From Antedon mediterranea (lineage: Eukaryota > Animalia > Echinodermata), in contig NC_092670.1 of NCBI RefSeq assembly GCF_964355755.1, positions 28,570,388 through 28,634,387 of the forward strand: DNA of 64,000 nt, read 5' to 3'. Of the stretch, positions 30,317 through 41,800 are shown piece by piece. Numbering within the stretch: position 1 is the first letter of the stretch; every line of letters begins with the position of its first letter. The notes beneath the pieces are model-generated. The model saw only the letters and a list, made by a program, of their open reading frames with translations, searched no databases and had not been told where the DNA came from. Both the position numbers and the translations under genes were made by a program.

Positions 30317-30319
30317 GCT
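29490..30319. repeat. Degenerate CT-rich satellite-related segment with internal duplications
   Basis: Regular monomer is lost. CTTTTTTCGATGATCTCTCTC occurs at ~29508 and ~29995, CATAAATCTCTCTCTC at ~29668/29869/30132, and CTCCCTCGCTGACCTC at ~29595/29816/30078. Confidence 0.85.
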
Positions 30320-30842
30320 GATCAATCTCTCTCTCGCTGATCTATCTCTCTCTCGTTGATCTCTCTCTCTCTCGTTGATCTATCTCTCTCTCTCGCTGAT
30401 CTATCTCTCTCTCTCGCTGATCTATCTCTCTCTCTCGCTGATCTATCTCTCTCTCGCTGATCTATCTCTGTCTCGCTGATCAATCTCTGTCTCACTGATC
30501 TATCTCTGTCTCGCTGATCTATCTCTGTCTCGCTGATCTATCTCTCTCTCGCTGATCTATCTCTGTCTGGCTGATCTATCTCTCTCTCCCTGATCTCTCT
30601 CTCTCTCTCGCTGATCTATCTCTCTCGCTGATCTATCTCTCTGTCTCGCTGATCTATCTCTGTCTCGCTGATCTATCTCTCTGTCTCGCTGATCTATCTA
30701 TCTGTCTCGCTGATCTATCTCTATGTCTCGCTGATCTATCTCTCTGTATCGCTGATCTATCTCTCTCTCTCGCTGATCTATCTTTCTCTCGCTGATCTAT
30801 CTCTCTATCGCTGATCTATCTCTCTCTCGCTGATCTATCTCT
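30320..30842. repeat. Satellite subfamily B (CTGT-rich variant), portion left of the transposon insertion
   Basis: Variant order (GATCAAT, GTTGAT x2, CTGTCTCACTG, CTGTCTGGCTG, CTATGTCT, CTGTATCG) matches the blocks at ~41260-41700 and ~42420-42960. Confidence 0.92.
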
Positions 30843-31619
30843 CACATCCACGTCAAACAGCGAAAATGGGACATTAAGTGTTCCGAGAGCCGTTTTCATT
30901 GTTTAAGTTAGCCGGAGCCTTTTTCGATTGGCTATAAATAGAAAGTTCCCGAGCATTTCGAGCGACGCGAGTTCTGACTTCCGTGTTTTATAGGCTGTCT
31001 AAATTTCCCTTTTAACGGATTTATATTAAATTATATTGTTGTTTGATTTATTTCTGTTTATTAAGAACATTTATATTAAACAAAAACCACAACAATAGCA
31101 ATTTTAGTTGATTATGGATTAATTGATTCGAATTCTAAGATAAACGTCTAAGCCAAATGTAAACGTAAACAAAGCGAGTCATACGGCGAAAACAAAAAAG
31201 TGAAAACTAACTAATCTGTTAAAATAGCTAACATTAATTTGCAATTTTTAAATGAAATTCTGAAAACGCTATAATATAGTCTTATATGCATTTTCAAAGA
31301 TTTCCAAATATAAGCTTGGGGTTATTTTTCAAACAAATTCTATAAGGAGTTGAAGATAGTGTATTTTGAGCGAAAGTGCGGTGCGCGTAGGCCTAGGAAG
31401 ACGCGGCAGGGCTGGAATACTCGTTTCCTTAGGCGACGAGAACGTCGGAAGATGCGCTCTATCACTGGGCTCTCGATTTTAGTTCTTGGATGTTCGTGGA
31501 TGATGCAGAATCTTATAATATGGGCTTATAAATTTTAAAATAAAGTGCTGAACTTTCATTTTTCTTAAAATTATGAAGATTACCCAGTGGGCAAAAATTG
31601 GTTGAATTAACGTTAATTC

Positions 31620-32310
31620 AACGTTATCTGCAAACGTTGAAATAACGTTGAAAAAGTGGTTGAAAATGAAAGTTTGCCTCAACGTAAATGTCAACGTTGA
31701 ATCAACATAGAAATTATCAACGTTGAAACAACGTTAAAATAAGTAACGTTGAAATAACGTTGAAAAAATGGTTGAAAATGAAAGTTTGCCTCAACGTAAA
31801 TGTCAACGTTGAATCAACATAGAAACTATCAACGTTGAAACAACGTTAAAATAAGTAACGTTGAAATAACGTTGAAAAAATGGTTGAAAATGAAAGTTTG
31901 CCTCAACTTAAATGTCAACGTTGAATCAACATAGAAATTATCAACGTTGAAACAACGTTAAAATAGGTAACGTTGAAATAACGTTGAAAAAATGGTTGAA
32001 AATGAAAGTTTGCCTCAACGTAAATGTCAACGTTGAATCAACATAGAAATTATCAACGTTGAAACAACGTTAAAATAGGTAACGTTGAAATAACGTTGAA
32101 AATGAAAGTTTGCCTCAACAAAAATGTCAACGTTGATTCAACATAGATTATCAACGTTGAAACAACGTAAAAATGTCTACGTTGAAATTATCAATGTTGA
32201 TTCAATGTTGACATTATTAACGTTGAAACAACGTAATAATTAAGTTGAAATGAAAATTTGCATCAACGTAAATTTAAACATAGATTTAACGTTGAAATTT
32301 GATTTGTTGA
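31620..32310. repeat. 112-bp tandem repeat (~5 copies plus degenerate tail), left subterminal array
   Basis: GAAATAACGTTG starts at 31639, 31751, 31863, 31975 and 32087 (period 112). Rich in TCAACGTTGA palindromes. Confidence 0.95.
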
Positions 32311-33331
32311 ATTACTATATCCAATTTGAATCAACGGTTTTAAAGTAGTTAGTAGTAAAGTTACTGTTACATCGCAGAATCCATCAATAGAGACATTTTA
32401 TAAATACTGTATATCTTACTAATCTTTAATTTCTATAAAAACATAAAATAACATTTAATCAGGTGTTATCAAATCATCAGGCAAAATCCAAGCAACAATC
32501 AAATAATGTACATCCTCACTGACAGTTCTCAGGTACCAATGTTAAGTATAAAAAATATACTAATAACCAGTTTGTAATATGTTTGCCAACTAACATGATT
32601 GAATAACTATAAATATTGGCTGATTACAGTAAAACACAATAAATACAACACACGTCACAGGTGCCTTGTGCTAATGTTGCAGAAGTCCAAATGATGGTAA
32701 TAACACAATACTGTAATTGCATTGTTCCGATTAGTCAATAAACAGTTGCCTCGATTCCTGTGTTGACATTGTCCTATGCTTTCCAAAAGTGTGGCAATAT
32801 TATTTTTCCAAACCTGAAACAAATTCAATCAAGTTACTGTAGTTTTAAACAAAAATAATACAGTAAAAAATTAATTGTTGAAAGATTTATTGTCCCCAAA
32901 AAACATGAACAATGAAGATTAATACAATCATACTTTGAATACCTTGCCATTTTGCAATTTTAACAATTTAGATATTCACTTGCCGTAGAAAATAAATAAA
33001 AACAATAAAGATTTCACTTAACAAAAATACAAAATAAACAGTACATTTTACCAAAAACCAATTGTTTGTTTAAATTGTCCCCCTTTTAAGGTACAAATGC
33101 ATTTTTTAAAATCTAATTTTTGGTCAAAGTGAACAACTCTATAGTGACGGCATATTCAACAAAACATTTAAAAAAAAATTGTTCAGTTCAATTATATCTT
33201 TAACACATTGTTAAAAAATCATACTGTACATAAACAAAAATTCAATTCAGAACATCATTTCACACTTAATCGTAAACTATGCAATCAATTCAATTTATGT
33301 AAATAATATTGCAACACTGTATTAATATTTA

Positions 33332-34302
33332 CGCCGTGGTTAGGATTCCGGCAACGAAACTCAACTGCCCAGCGTTAGGGAATCCGACACGCTATTTCGC
33401 ATGCCCAGAGCGAGGTATTCGGCGACTCTATTTTTGTCTACAACAGACCAAAGCGTGGTTCCCACTAGCGACGCAACACAAGGACGTAACGCAACGCAAG
33501 TAAATTGACCAATCACAAGCGATGGCTTATTCGCTTGTGATTGCTAACTGTCTATAACTTCGCTTGTCATTGGTTAAAACGCTTGCGTTGCGTTTACGTC
33601 CTTGCGTTACGTTCTAGTGGGAACCAAGCTTGATGGATCATTTTAATAGCTGCGCCACGGCGAACTAGCCGGCCTACATGCCTACTAATACTAGTAGGCC
33701 TACCAGCTAGATGTGACCATTGGGCCTATTTATTTCGTAATTAAATTTGCTTCATTCATATATAAACTTTATATATTTATGAATTATAATTGCATGACTA
33801 GTTTTAATTTTTATAGTACAAAATAAAAGATTTCATATAACGCATTTATACTGTACATAACATCATGCAATCGTATACAAGTTGATTTGTTGACAGCAGC
33901 CGCCGTGCGGATGTGAAAAAATAAAACAGACCTATTCGGGAGAAGTCGGTGTCGCAACGCTACGCTATTCATTTTCGTACATTTCTTGAAATATGCAAGC
34001 TGATTCTTATCAATATCATAATAATTATTTTAACGCGTGGCATAATTATTAATTCATGTATGGCCTAGGCCAAGTTTCATCCATCGCTCTCTCCCCCGCG
34101 CGACGACTAACTAGGTCACAGCAAAGATATCTTTGGCTACACAGTACATCCCTAGTTAACACTCCGACTCTCGGGTAATGTGGTGCGCGGTCTGTGGCAC
34201 TAGTGCAAGCTATAATTACTTCGCTCTGGGCATGCGCAATAGCGTGTCGGATTCCCTAACGATGGGAAGTTGAGTTGCGGTGCCGGAATCCTAACCACGG
34301 CG
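33332..34302. mobile_element. MULE/Mutator-like non-autonomous element (971 bp)
   Basis: ~85-bp imperfect TIRs (CGCCGTGGTTAGGATTCCGGCA... / ...TGCCGGAATCCTAACCACGGCG) flanked by a perfect 9-bp TSD TAATATTTA (33323-33331, 34303-34311). Confidence 0.88.
33452..33630. mobile_element. PIF/Harbinger-like MITE (179 bp, nearly fully palindromic)
   Basis: AGCGTGGTTCCCACTAG...CAAGGACGTAACGCAACGCAAG pairs with CTTGCGTTGCGTTTACGTCCTTG...CTAGTGGGAACCAAGCT, plus inner ACCAATCACAAGCGA/TCGCTTGTCATTGGT. The 3-bp flanks (CAA/TGA) no longer match, so the superfamily is tentative. Confidence 0.75.
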
Positions 34303-34409
34303 TAATATTTATTCAATTCAATATTAAAGTTAAGAACTATAAATACCAACCTTTTGTATATAAAAATATTGATCATCCATTAGATTTTTCTCGTTTGATT
34401 CACATAGAA

Positions 34410-35120
34410 AAGATTATAGGCCTACATGTACTTCATTATTTTGTACTCTAGCTAGGCATAGGCCTAAGGGCCTTAGCTAGGCCTACAATCTGAAATAAAG
34501 AAAGCGAGTAAGTTTAACAAATAGCCGTCCTAGGCTAGGCAAGCAACATGTGTTTGTATACTATTAACACTAATAATAGCATTAGCAGCTACTGTAGACA
34601 GCCTAGCAGAAAGCTAGCTAGGCTAGGCCAACTAATTAAATATTATAATGTTATATTTATGTATACTTTTGGATAAATAAAGAAAGTATTATTGAACTAA
34701 AAGGCCTAGCCTAGGCCTAATACATACCATTTTATAACCATAATAAGTACAGAACTGTAGTTATCCTTGGCAAGGCAAATGTTTGCACTTGACATGCATA
34801 ATACTAAATGCTTCCACTAGGCCTAGGCCTAGTGAGTGAATTCAGTTCATCAGTTTGGCAGCCTGCCTAGCCTACTAGCCTAGCCTATATAGGCCTAGGC
34901 CTAGCCTACCAGGCTATAGCCTAGCTATGCATGTGTGGCCTAGACTAGGCCTAGAGGCTAGCTATTGTTTGATAAGGGTAAAATAGTCAAGCTCAAAGCT
35001 TATAAATTAGTAGATTACAAATAAAAAAGATTGTTTTCCTACCTCAAAACATACTTATTTGACAATTTCAATGATGAGCCTTTTTTTTCTACACACCACT
35101 ACTACTGTAGGCCTAGCCTA
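34410..35120. repeat. Low-complexity cluster of TAGGCCTA/CTAG/TAGCTA palindromic words
   Basis: Many AGGCCT, CTAG and AGCTAG words in an AT-rich background, e.g. CTAGGCCTAGGCCTAG at ~34818. Confidence 0.7.
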
Positions 35121-35646
35121 TGTCGAAGTAACTGAAATTACTGACACCAGTTTCAAAATTTTATCAAAACGAAACTAACCAATGACAAGCACGTATCTTA
35201 TGAAATTTGATCTTGCATGAAAGGATCATTCAATTTTCAACAACTTCTTAGAACATTTTTGTATTATACAGAGACAATTTGCCAATCTAAAATTCCTAAA
35301 TAACCAATAATCATTTGTTTTACAATAAAGGATGATAAAATAAACCGCCAACTGAAATCTAATGTTAATTTAACGTTGAAACATCAATGGCAATGCACTT
35401 AAACAATTATTTAATATTAAACGTTAAAAACATGTCATTTTAACCAAAGTATTAAATAGAATTTATCTTTAATTTAACGTTTAATTAACATTGAAAAAAA
35501 AAATAATAATTGTTTGAAAAAACAACATAATTTCAAGAGTTTTTCAACGTTGAAAACATGTCATTTGAAAATGACAACTGGATTTCAACGTTAAAATAAC
35601 GTTGGAATAACATTGAAAAACAAAAATAATAACTGTTTGAAAAAAA

Positions 35647-37282
35647 TTACTAGTTAGAAATACAATGTTATTTCAACGTTGGATCAACATTGATAAATTA
35701 ACGTAAATTACTAGTTAGAAAGACAATGTTATTTCAACGTTGGATCAACATTGATAAATTAACGTAAATTTCTAGTTAAAAATACAATGTTATTTCAACG
35801 TTGGATCAACATTGATAAATTAACGTAAATTTCTAGATATAAAGACAATGTTATTTCAACGTTGTATCAACATTGATAAATTAACGTAAATTACTAGTTA
35901 GAAAGACAATGTTATTTCAACGTTGGATCAACATTAATAAATTAACGTAAATTTCTAGTTAAAAATACAATGTTATTTCAACGTTGGATCAACATTAATA
36001 AATTCACGTAAATTTCTAGTTAAAAATACAATGTTATTTCAACGTTGGATCAACATTGATAAATTAACGTAAATTATTAATTAAAAATACAATGTTATTT
36101 CAAGGTTGGATCAACATTGATAAATTAACGTAAATTACTAGTTAAAATACAATGTTATTTCAACGTTGGATCAACATTGATAAATTAACGTAAATTTCTA
36201 GTTAAAAATACTATGTGATTTTAACGTTGGATCAACATTGATAAATTAACGTAAATTACTAGTTAAAAATACAATGTTATTTCAACGTTGGATCAACATT
36301 GATAAATTAACGTAAATTTCTAGTTGAAAATACTATGTGATTTTAACGTTGGATCAACATTGATAAATTAACGTAAATTACTAGTTAGAAAGACAATGTT
36401 ATTTCAACGTTGGATCAACAATGATAAATTAACTTAAATTACTAGTTAAAAAGACAATGTTATTTCAACGTTGGATTAACATTCATAAAGTAACGTAAAT
36501 TTCTAGTTAAAAATACAATGTTATTTCAACGTTGGATCAACATTAATAAATTAACGTAAATTTCTAGTTTAAAATACATTGTTATTTCAACGTTGGATCA
36601 ACATTGATAAATTAACGTAAATTACTAGTTAAAAATACAATGTTATTTCAACGTTGGATCAACATTGATAAATTAACGTAAATTACTAGTTAAAAATACA
36701 ATGTTATTTCAACTTTGGATCAACATTGATAAATTAACGTAAATTTCGAGTTAAAAATACAATGTGATTTTAATGTTGGATCAACATTGATAAATTAACG
36801 TAAATTTCTAGTTAAAAATACAATGTTATTTCAACGTTGGATCAACATTGACAAATTAACGTAAATTACTAGTTAGAAAGACAATGTTATTTCAACGTTA
36901 AATCAACATTGATAAATTAACGTAAATTACTAGTTAGAAGGACAATGTTATTTTAACGTTGGATCAACATTGATAAATTAACGTAAATTTCTAGTTAAAA
37001 ATACAATGTTATTTCAACGTTGAATCAACATTTATAAATTAACGTAAAACATTTGTTTTAAAAACAATGTTATTTCAACGTTAAACCAACATTTATTAAT
37101 TAACATAAATTACTAGTTAAAAAGAAAATGTTATTTCAACGTTGATTCAATGTTTATTACTAAACGTAAAAAAAATAGTTAGGGAAAAAATGTTATTTCA
37201 ACGTTGATTCAACATTTGAAAAACGCTAACAACATGATTTCAACAAATAAACTATATTTCAACGTTGATTCAACGTTGAAAT
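35647..37282. repeat. 61-bp tandem repeat (~26 copies), right subterminal array
   Basis: Unit TTACTAGTTAAAAATACAATGTTATTTCAACGTTGGATCAACATTGATAAATTAACGTAAA. TAGTT occurs at 35651, 35712 and 35773 (period 61). The array degenerates at both edges. Confidence 0.97.
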
Positions 37283-38887
37283 TATGTTCTGTGCCCACTG
37301 GGTAGTGTGAAGTGAGGACTGTCTGCATGCCTGAACGGTTGACTTGGTAAAATACTGAAAAATCAGTAAATTAGTTAGGCCTAGCTAGGCTAATTAATTA
37401 ATGTACAGTATATAATGTCATTATTTTTATGAATAGAGCTAAACCTACTAGTAGGCTTACTAGTAATCTCATAATAAATCTGTTAATGTCACCTGTCACT
37501 AACATATGATTTATTTAAGTACAGTATATGCTGAAAATGTTTACTTTTTATCGGAGCTAAAATGAAATGTCATGGTTCCCTGCTTTTTATTATAATAATG
37601 GAGCAATAAATGAAATACAAATACACACCAATTAACATTTTAACTGTTAATATTATCACAAATTTCACCTTAAAAATCAGACAACAAGTTTTCTACATCA
37701 ACTTAGCTAACATCTTTTGTACTAAGCCTAATCTTCGAAAAGATTTTCTTTACTGTAGTACTGTAGGCCTATTACCATTATTTATTTGCCGATTTGAAAT
37801 GTACATTTAAACTTTATTAAACTACTGCACAACAACCAACCGCCACTTGAACCTTTAAATAAGTAAATTAGGATAAGTTAAAGTTTTTAAAAAATAAAAT
37901 GTCTTTTTGGCAATACATCTATAGATATCCATTATTACAGTATTAATAGTGCTTTTTCACATTATATGCCAGAGCAATTAATATGACTCATAAGAAATTG
38001 TTGTTGATTTAATGCTATTTGTATTGAAGTATGTAGAACATTGACAATCCTCTGTGGTCTGTAAAAAAAAAACAACATTCAATTAATAATAATCATTATT
38101 TAATTATATTTGTATATTTTACTTATTTTCTTAGGCCTATAAACAACGCGCGCCCGACAATGAACACGCGCCAATAATGCACGCACTACCCCACTATATG
38201 CTAAAGCCTGGCTCTCCTACTGTACTACTAGGCCTAGACTATATTGATTTATAAATAAAAAAAAAGAGGCTTTGTAGAGTTTTATGATTAAAAACAGCTT
38301 TCCTATATATTATATGTTGCCCTTATTAATTTACAAAACCACATTTTTTATCTTATGGCGTAAAAAATGATTTTAGCTACAACCATGTGTTCCAGTTTCA
38401 ATAGTGAAATACCCAAGAAGGCACATGTTTAAGCAGCCATTAAAAAAAAATAAAAAATAACCCCAACGAGATTTTTTTATTAACTACTATTGAAAAATCA
38501 AATATTCAGAAACTATAAAACCCACCTTCTCAAAAAATTGCGTTGTTTTATTACAGCCTCAACAAATTAGACGAAATTTTAACATTCGAATAGCCTAAAA
38601 TTGTTTTAAAAACATCGGTGTAATTCACCCTTGTTTCACACAAATATAATGGGTTCGTCGATTAAAAAACAATATCACGTGGTTCGTAGATGCCTTGTCA
38701 AAGGTTTTCATGAATTATTCATTAGTAAATAAAACCAAAAGTTCCAATTGGCCAGTTTGCAAAAACCTAAGATTTACTTTTCAAAACAAAATTGCTTCCG
38801 GGTAATTGTCCACGCTGTCTCGTGTGCAAAAACGATTGGCTGCCGATAGAGGGCTCACTACTTTTTGTCCCTGGTGAATCGAGTGTG

Positions 38888-41800
38888 CTCTCTCTCTAGC
38901 TGATCAATCTCTCTCTCGCTGATCTATCTCTCTCTCGCTGATCTCTCTCTCTCTCGCTGATCTATCTCTCTCTCTCTCTCTCTCTCTCTGATCTATCTCT
39001 CTCTCTCGCTGATCTATCTCTCTCTCGCTGATCTATCTCTCTCTCGCTGATCTATCTCTCTCTCGCTGATCTATATCTCTCTCGCTGATCTATCTCTCTC
39101 TCGCTGATCTATCTCTCTCTCGCTGATCTATCTCTCTCTCGCTGATCTATCTCTCTCTCGCTGATCTATCTCTCTCGCTGAACTATCTCTCTCTCGTTGA
39201 TCTATCTCTCTCTCGCTGATCTATCTCTCTCTCGCTGATCTATCTCTCTCTCGCTGATCTATTTCTCTCTCGCTGATCTATCTCTGTCTCGCTGATCTAT
39301 CTCTGTCTCGCTGATCTATCTCTGTCTCGCTGATCTATCTCTGTCTCGCTGATCTATCTCTCTGTCTCGAAGATCTATCTCTGTCTCGCTGATCTATCTC
39401 TCTCTCGCTGATCTATCTCTCTCTCGCTGATCTATCTCTCTCTCGCTGATCTATCTCTCTGTCTCGCTGATCTATCTCTGTCTCGCTGCTCTATCTCTCT
39501 GTCTCGCTGATCTATCTCTGTCTCGCTGCTCTATCTCTCTGTCTCGCTGATTTATCTCTCTGTCTCGCTGATCTATATCTCTGTCTCGCTGATATATCTA
39601 TCTCTCGCTGATCTATCTCTCTGTCTCGCTGATCTATCTCTGTCTCGCTGATCTATCTCTCTGTCTCGCTGATTTATGTCTCTGTCTTGCTGATCTATCT
39701 CTCTCTCTCGCTGATCTATCTCTCTCTCGCTGATCTACCTCTCTCTCGCTGATCTATTTCTCTCTCGCTGATCTATCTCTGTCTCGATGATCTATCTCTC
39801 TCTCTCGCAGATCTATCTCTGTCTCGCTGATCTATCTCTCTCTCGCTGATCTATCTCTCTCTCGCTGATCTATCTCTGTCTCGCTGATCTATCTCTCTCT
39901 CGCTGATCTATCTCTCTCTCGATGATCTATCTCTCTCGCTGATCTATCTCTCTCTCGCTGATCTATCTCTCTCTCGCTGATCTATCTCTCTCTCTCGCTG
40001 ATCTATCTCTCTCTCGCTGATCTATCTTTCTCTCGATGACCTATCTCTCTCTCGCTGATTTATCTCTCTCTCGCTGATGTATCTCTTTCTCGCTGATCTA
40101 TCTCTCTCTCTCTGATCTATCTCTCTCTCTCGCTGATCTATCTCTCTCTCGCTGATCTATCTCTCTCTCGCTGATCTATCTCTCTCTCGCTGATCTATAT
40201 CTCTCTCGCTGATCTATCTCTCTCTCGCTGATCTATCTCTCTCTCGCTGATCTATCTCTCTCTCGCTGATCTATCTCTCTCTCGCTGATCTATCTCTCTC
40301 GCTGAACTATCTCTCTCTCGTTGATCTATCTCTCTCTCGCTGATCTATCTCTCTCTCGCTGATCTATCTCTCTCTCGCTGATCTATTTCTCTCTCGCTGA
40401 TCTATCTCTGTCTCGCTGATCTATCTCTGTCTCGCTGATCTATCTCTGTCTCGCTGATCTATCTCTGTCTCGCTGATCTATCTCTCTGTCTCGAAGATCT
40501 ATCTCTGTCTCGCTGATCTATCTCTCTCTCGCTGATCTATCTCTCTCTCGCTGATCTATCTCTCTCTCGCTGATCTATCTCTCTGTCTCGCTGATCTATC
40601 TCTGTCTCGCTGCTCTATCTCTCTGTCTCGCTGATCTATCTCTGTCTCGCTGCTCTATCTCTCTGTCTCGCTGATTTATCTCTCTGTCTCGCTGATCTAT
40701 ATCTCTGTCTCGCTGATATATCTATCTCTCGCTGATCTATCTCTCTGTCTCGCTGATCTATCTCTGTCTCGCTGATCTATCTCTCTGTCTCGCTGATTTA
40801 TGTCTCTGTCTCGCTGATCTATCTCTCTCTCTCGCTGATCTATCTCTCTCTCGCTGATCTACCTCTCTCTCGCTGATCTATTTCTCTCTCGCTGATCTAT
40901 CTCTGTCTCGATGATCTATCTCTCTCTCTCGCAGATCTATCTCTGTCTCGCTGATCTATCTCTCTCTCGCTGATCTATCTCTCTCTCGCTGATCTATCTC
41001 TGTCTCGCTGATCTATCTCTCTCTCGCTGATCTATCTCTCTCTCGATGATCTATCTCTCTCGCTGATCTATCTCTCTCTCGCTGATCTATCTCTCTCTCG
41101 CTGATCTATCTCTCTCTCTCGCTGATCTATCTCTCTCTCGCTGATCTATCTTTCTCTCGATGACCTATCTCTCTCTCGCTGATTTATCTCTCTCTCGCTG
41201 ATGTATCTCTTTCTCGCTGATCTATCTCTCTCTCGCTGATCTATCTCTCTCTCGCTGATCAATCTCTCTCTCGCTGATCTATCTCTCTCTCGTTGATCTC
41301 TCTCTCTCGTTGATCTATCTCTCTCTCTCGCTGATCTATCTCTCTCTCTCGCTGATCTATCTCTCTCTCGCTGATCTATCTCTCTCTCGCTGATCTATCT
41401 CTGTCTCGCTGATCAATCTCTGTCTCACTGATCTATCTCTGTCTCGCTGATCTATCTCTGTCTCGCTGATCTATCTCTCTCTCGCTGATCTATCTCTGTC
41501 TGGCTGATCTATCTCTCTCTCCCTGATCTCTCTCTCTCTCTCGCTGATCTATCTCTCTCGCTGATCTATCTCTCTGTCTCGCTGATCTATCTCTGTCTCG
41601 CTGATCTATCTCTCTGTCTCGCTGATCTATCTCTCTGTCTCGCTGATCTATCTCTATGTCTCGCTGATCTATCTCTCTGTATCGCTGATCTATCTCTCTC
41701 TCTCTCGCTGATCTATCTCTCTCTCGCTGATCTATCTCTCTCTCTCGCTGATCTATCTCTCTCTCTCGCTGATCTATCTCTCTCTCGCTGATCTATCTCT

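Larger units (their letters stand above)
31583..37302. mobile_element. Non-autonomous EnSpm/CACTA-like (CCC-ended) DNA element with subterminal tandem arrays
   Basis: Perfect 11-bp TIR CCCAGTGGGCA/TGCCCACTGGG and TA TSD (31581-82, 37303-04). Both arms are filled with AACGTTGAAATAAC motifs in inverted orientation. No coding capacity seen. Confidence 0.85.
30843..38887. mobile_element. Non-autonomous CAC...GTG DNA transposon (CMC/Chapaev-like) with RSS-like asymmetric ends
   Basis: Left end CACATCC...; right end ...GAGTGTG. Both ends share GGGACAWWAAGT. Flanks carry (CT)2 + (CT)5 versus (CT)5 at equivalent empty sites (~42952-42982, ~46106-46136), implying a 4-bp CTCT TSD. CAC/GTG termini with a 4-bp TSD is the established Chapaev signature. 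No transposase ORF is seen; ~2.3 kb remains after removing nested inserts. Confidence 0.75.

Noticed and set aside
29868-30321. Two overlapping ORFs (RE-rich and SL-rich)
   Set aside because: They are translations of degenerate (CT)n/(AG)n sequence, not genes.
31350-31538. Arg-rich 62-aa ORF in the left arm of the CAC/GTG element
   Set aside because: It has a TTG start, is short and shows no recognisable transposase or RAG motif.
31620-37282. Palindrome-rich regular repeats as a possible CRISPR-like array
   Set aside because: Whole units repeat with no unique spacers, there are no cas genes, and the context is eukaryotic.
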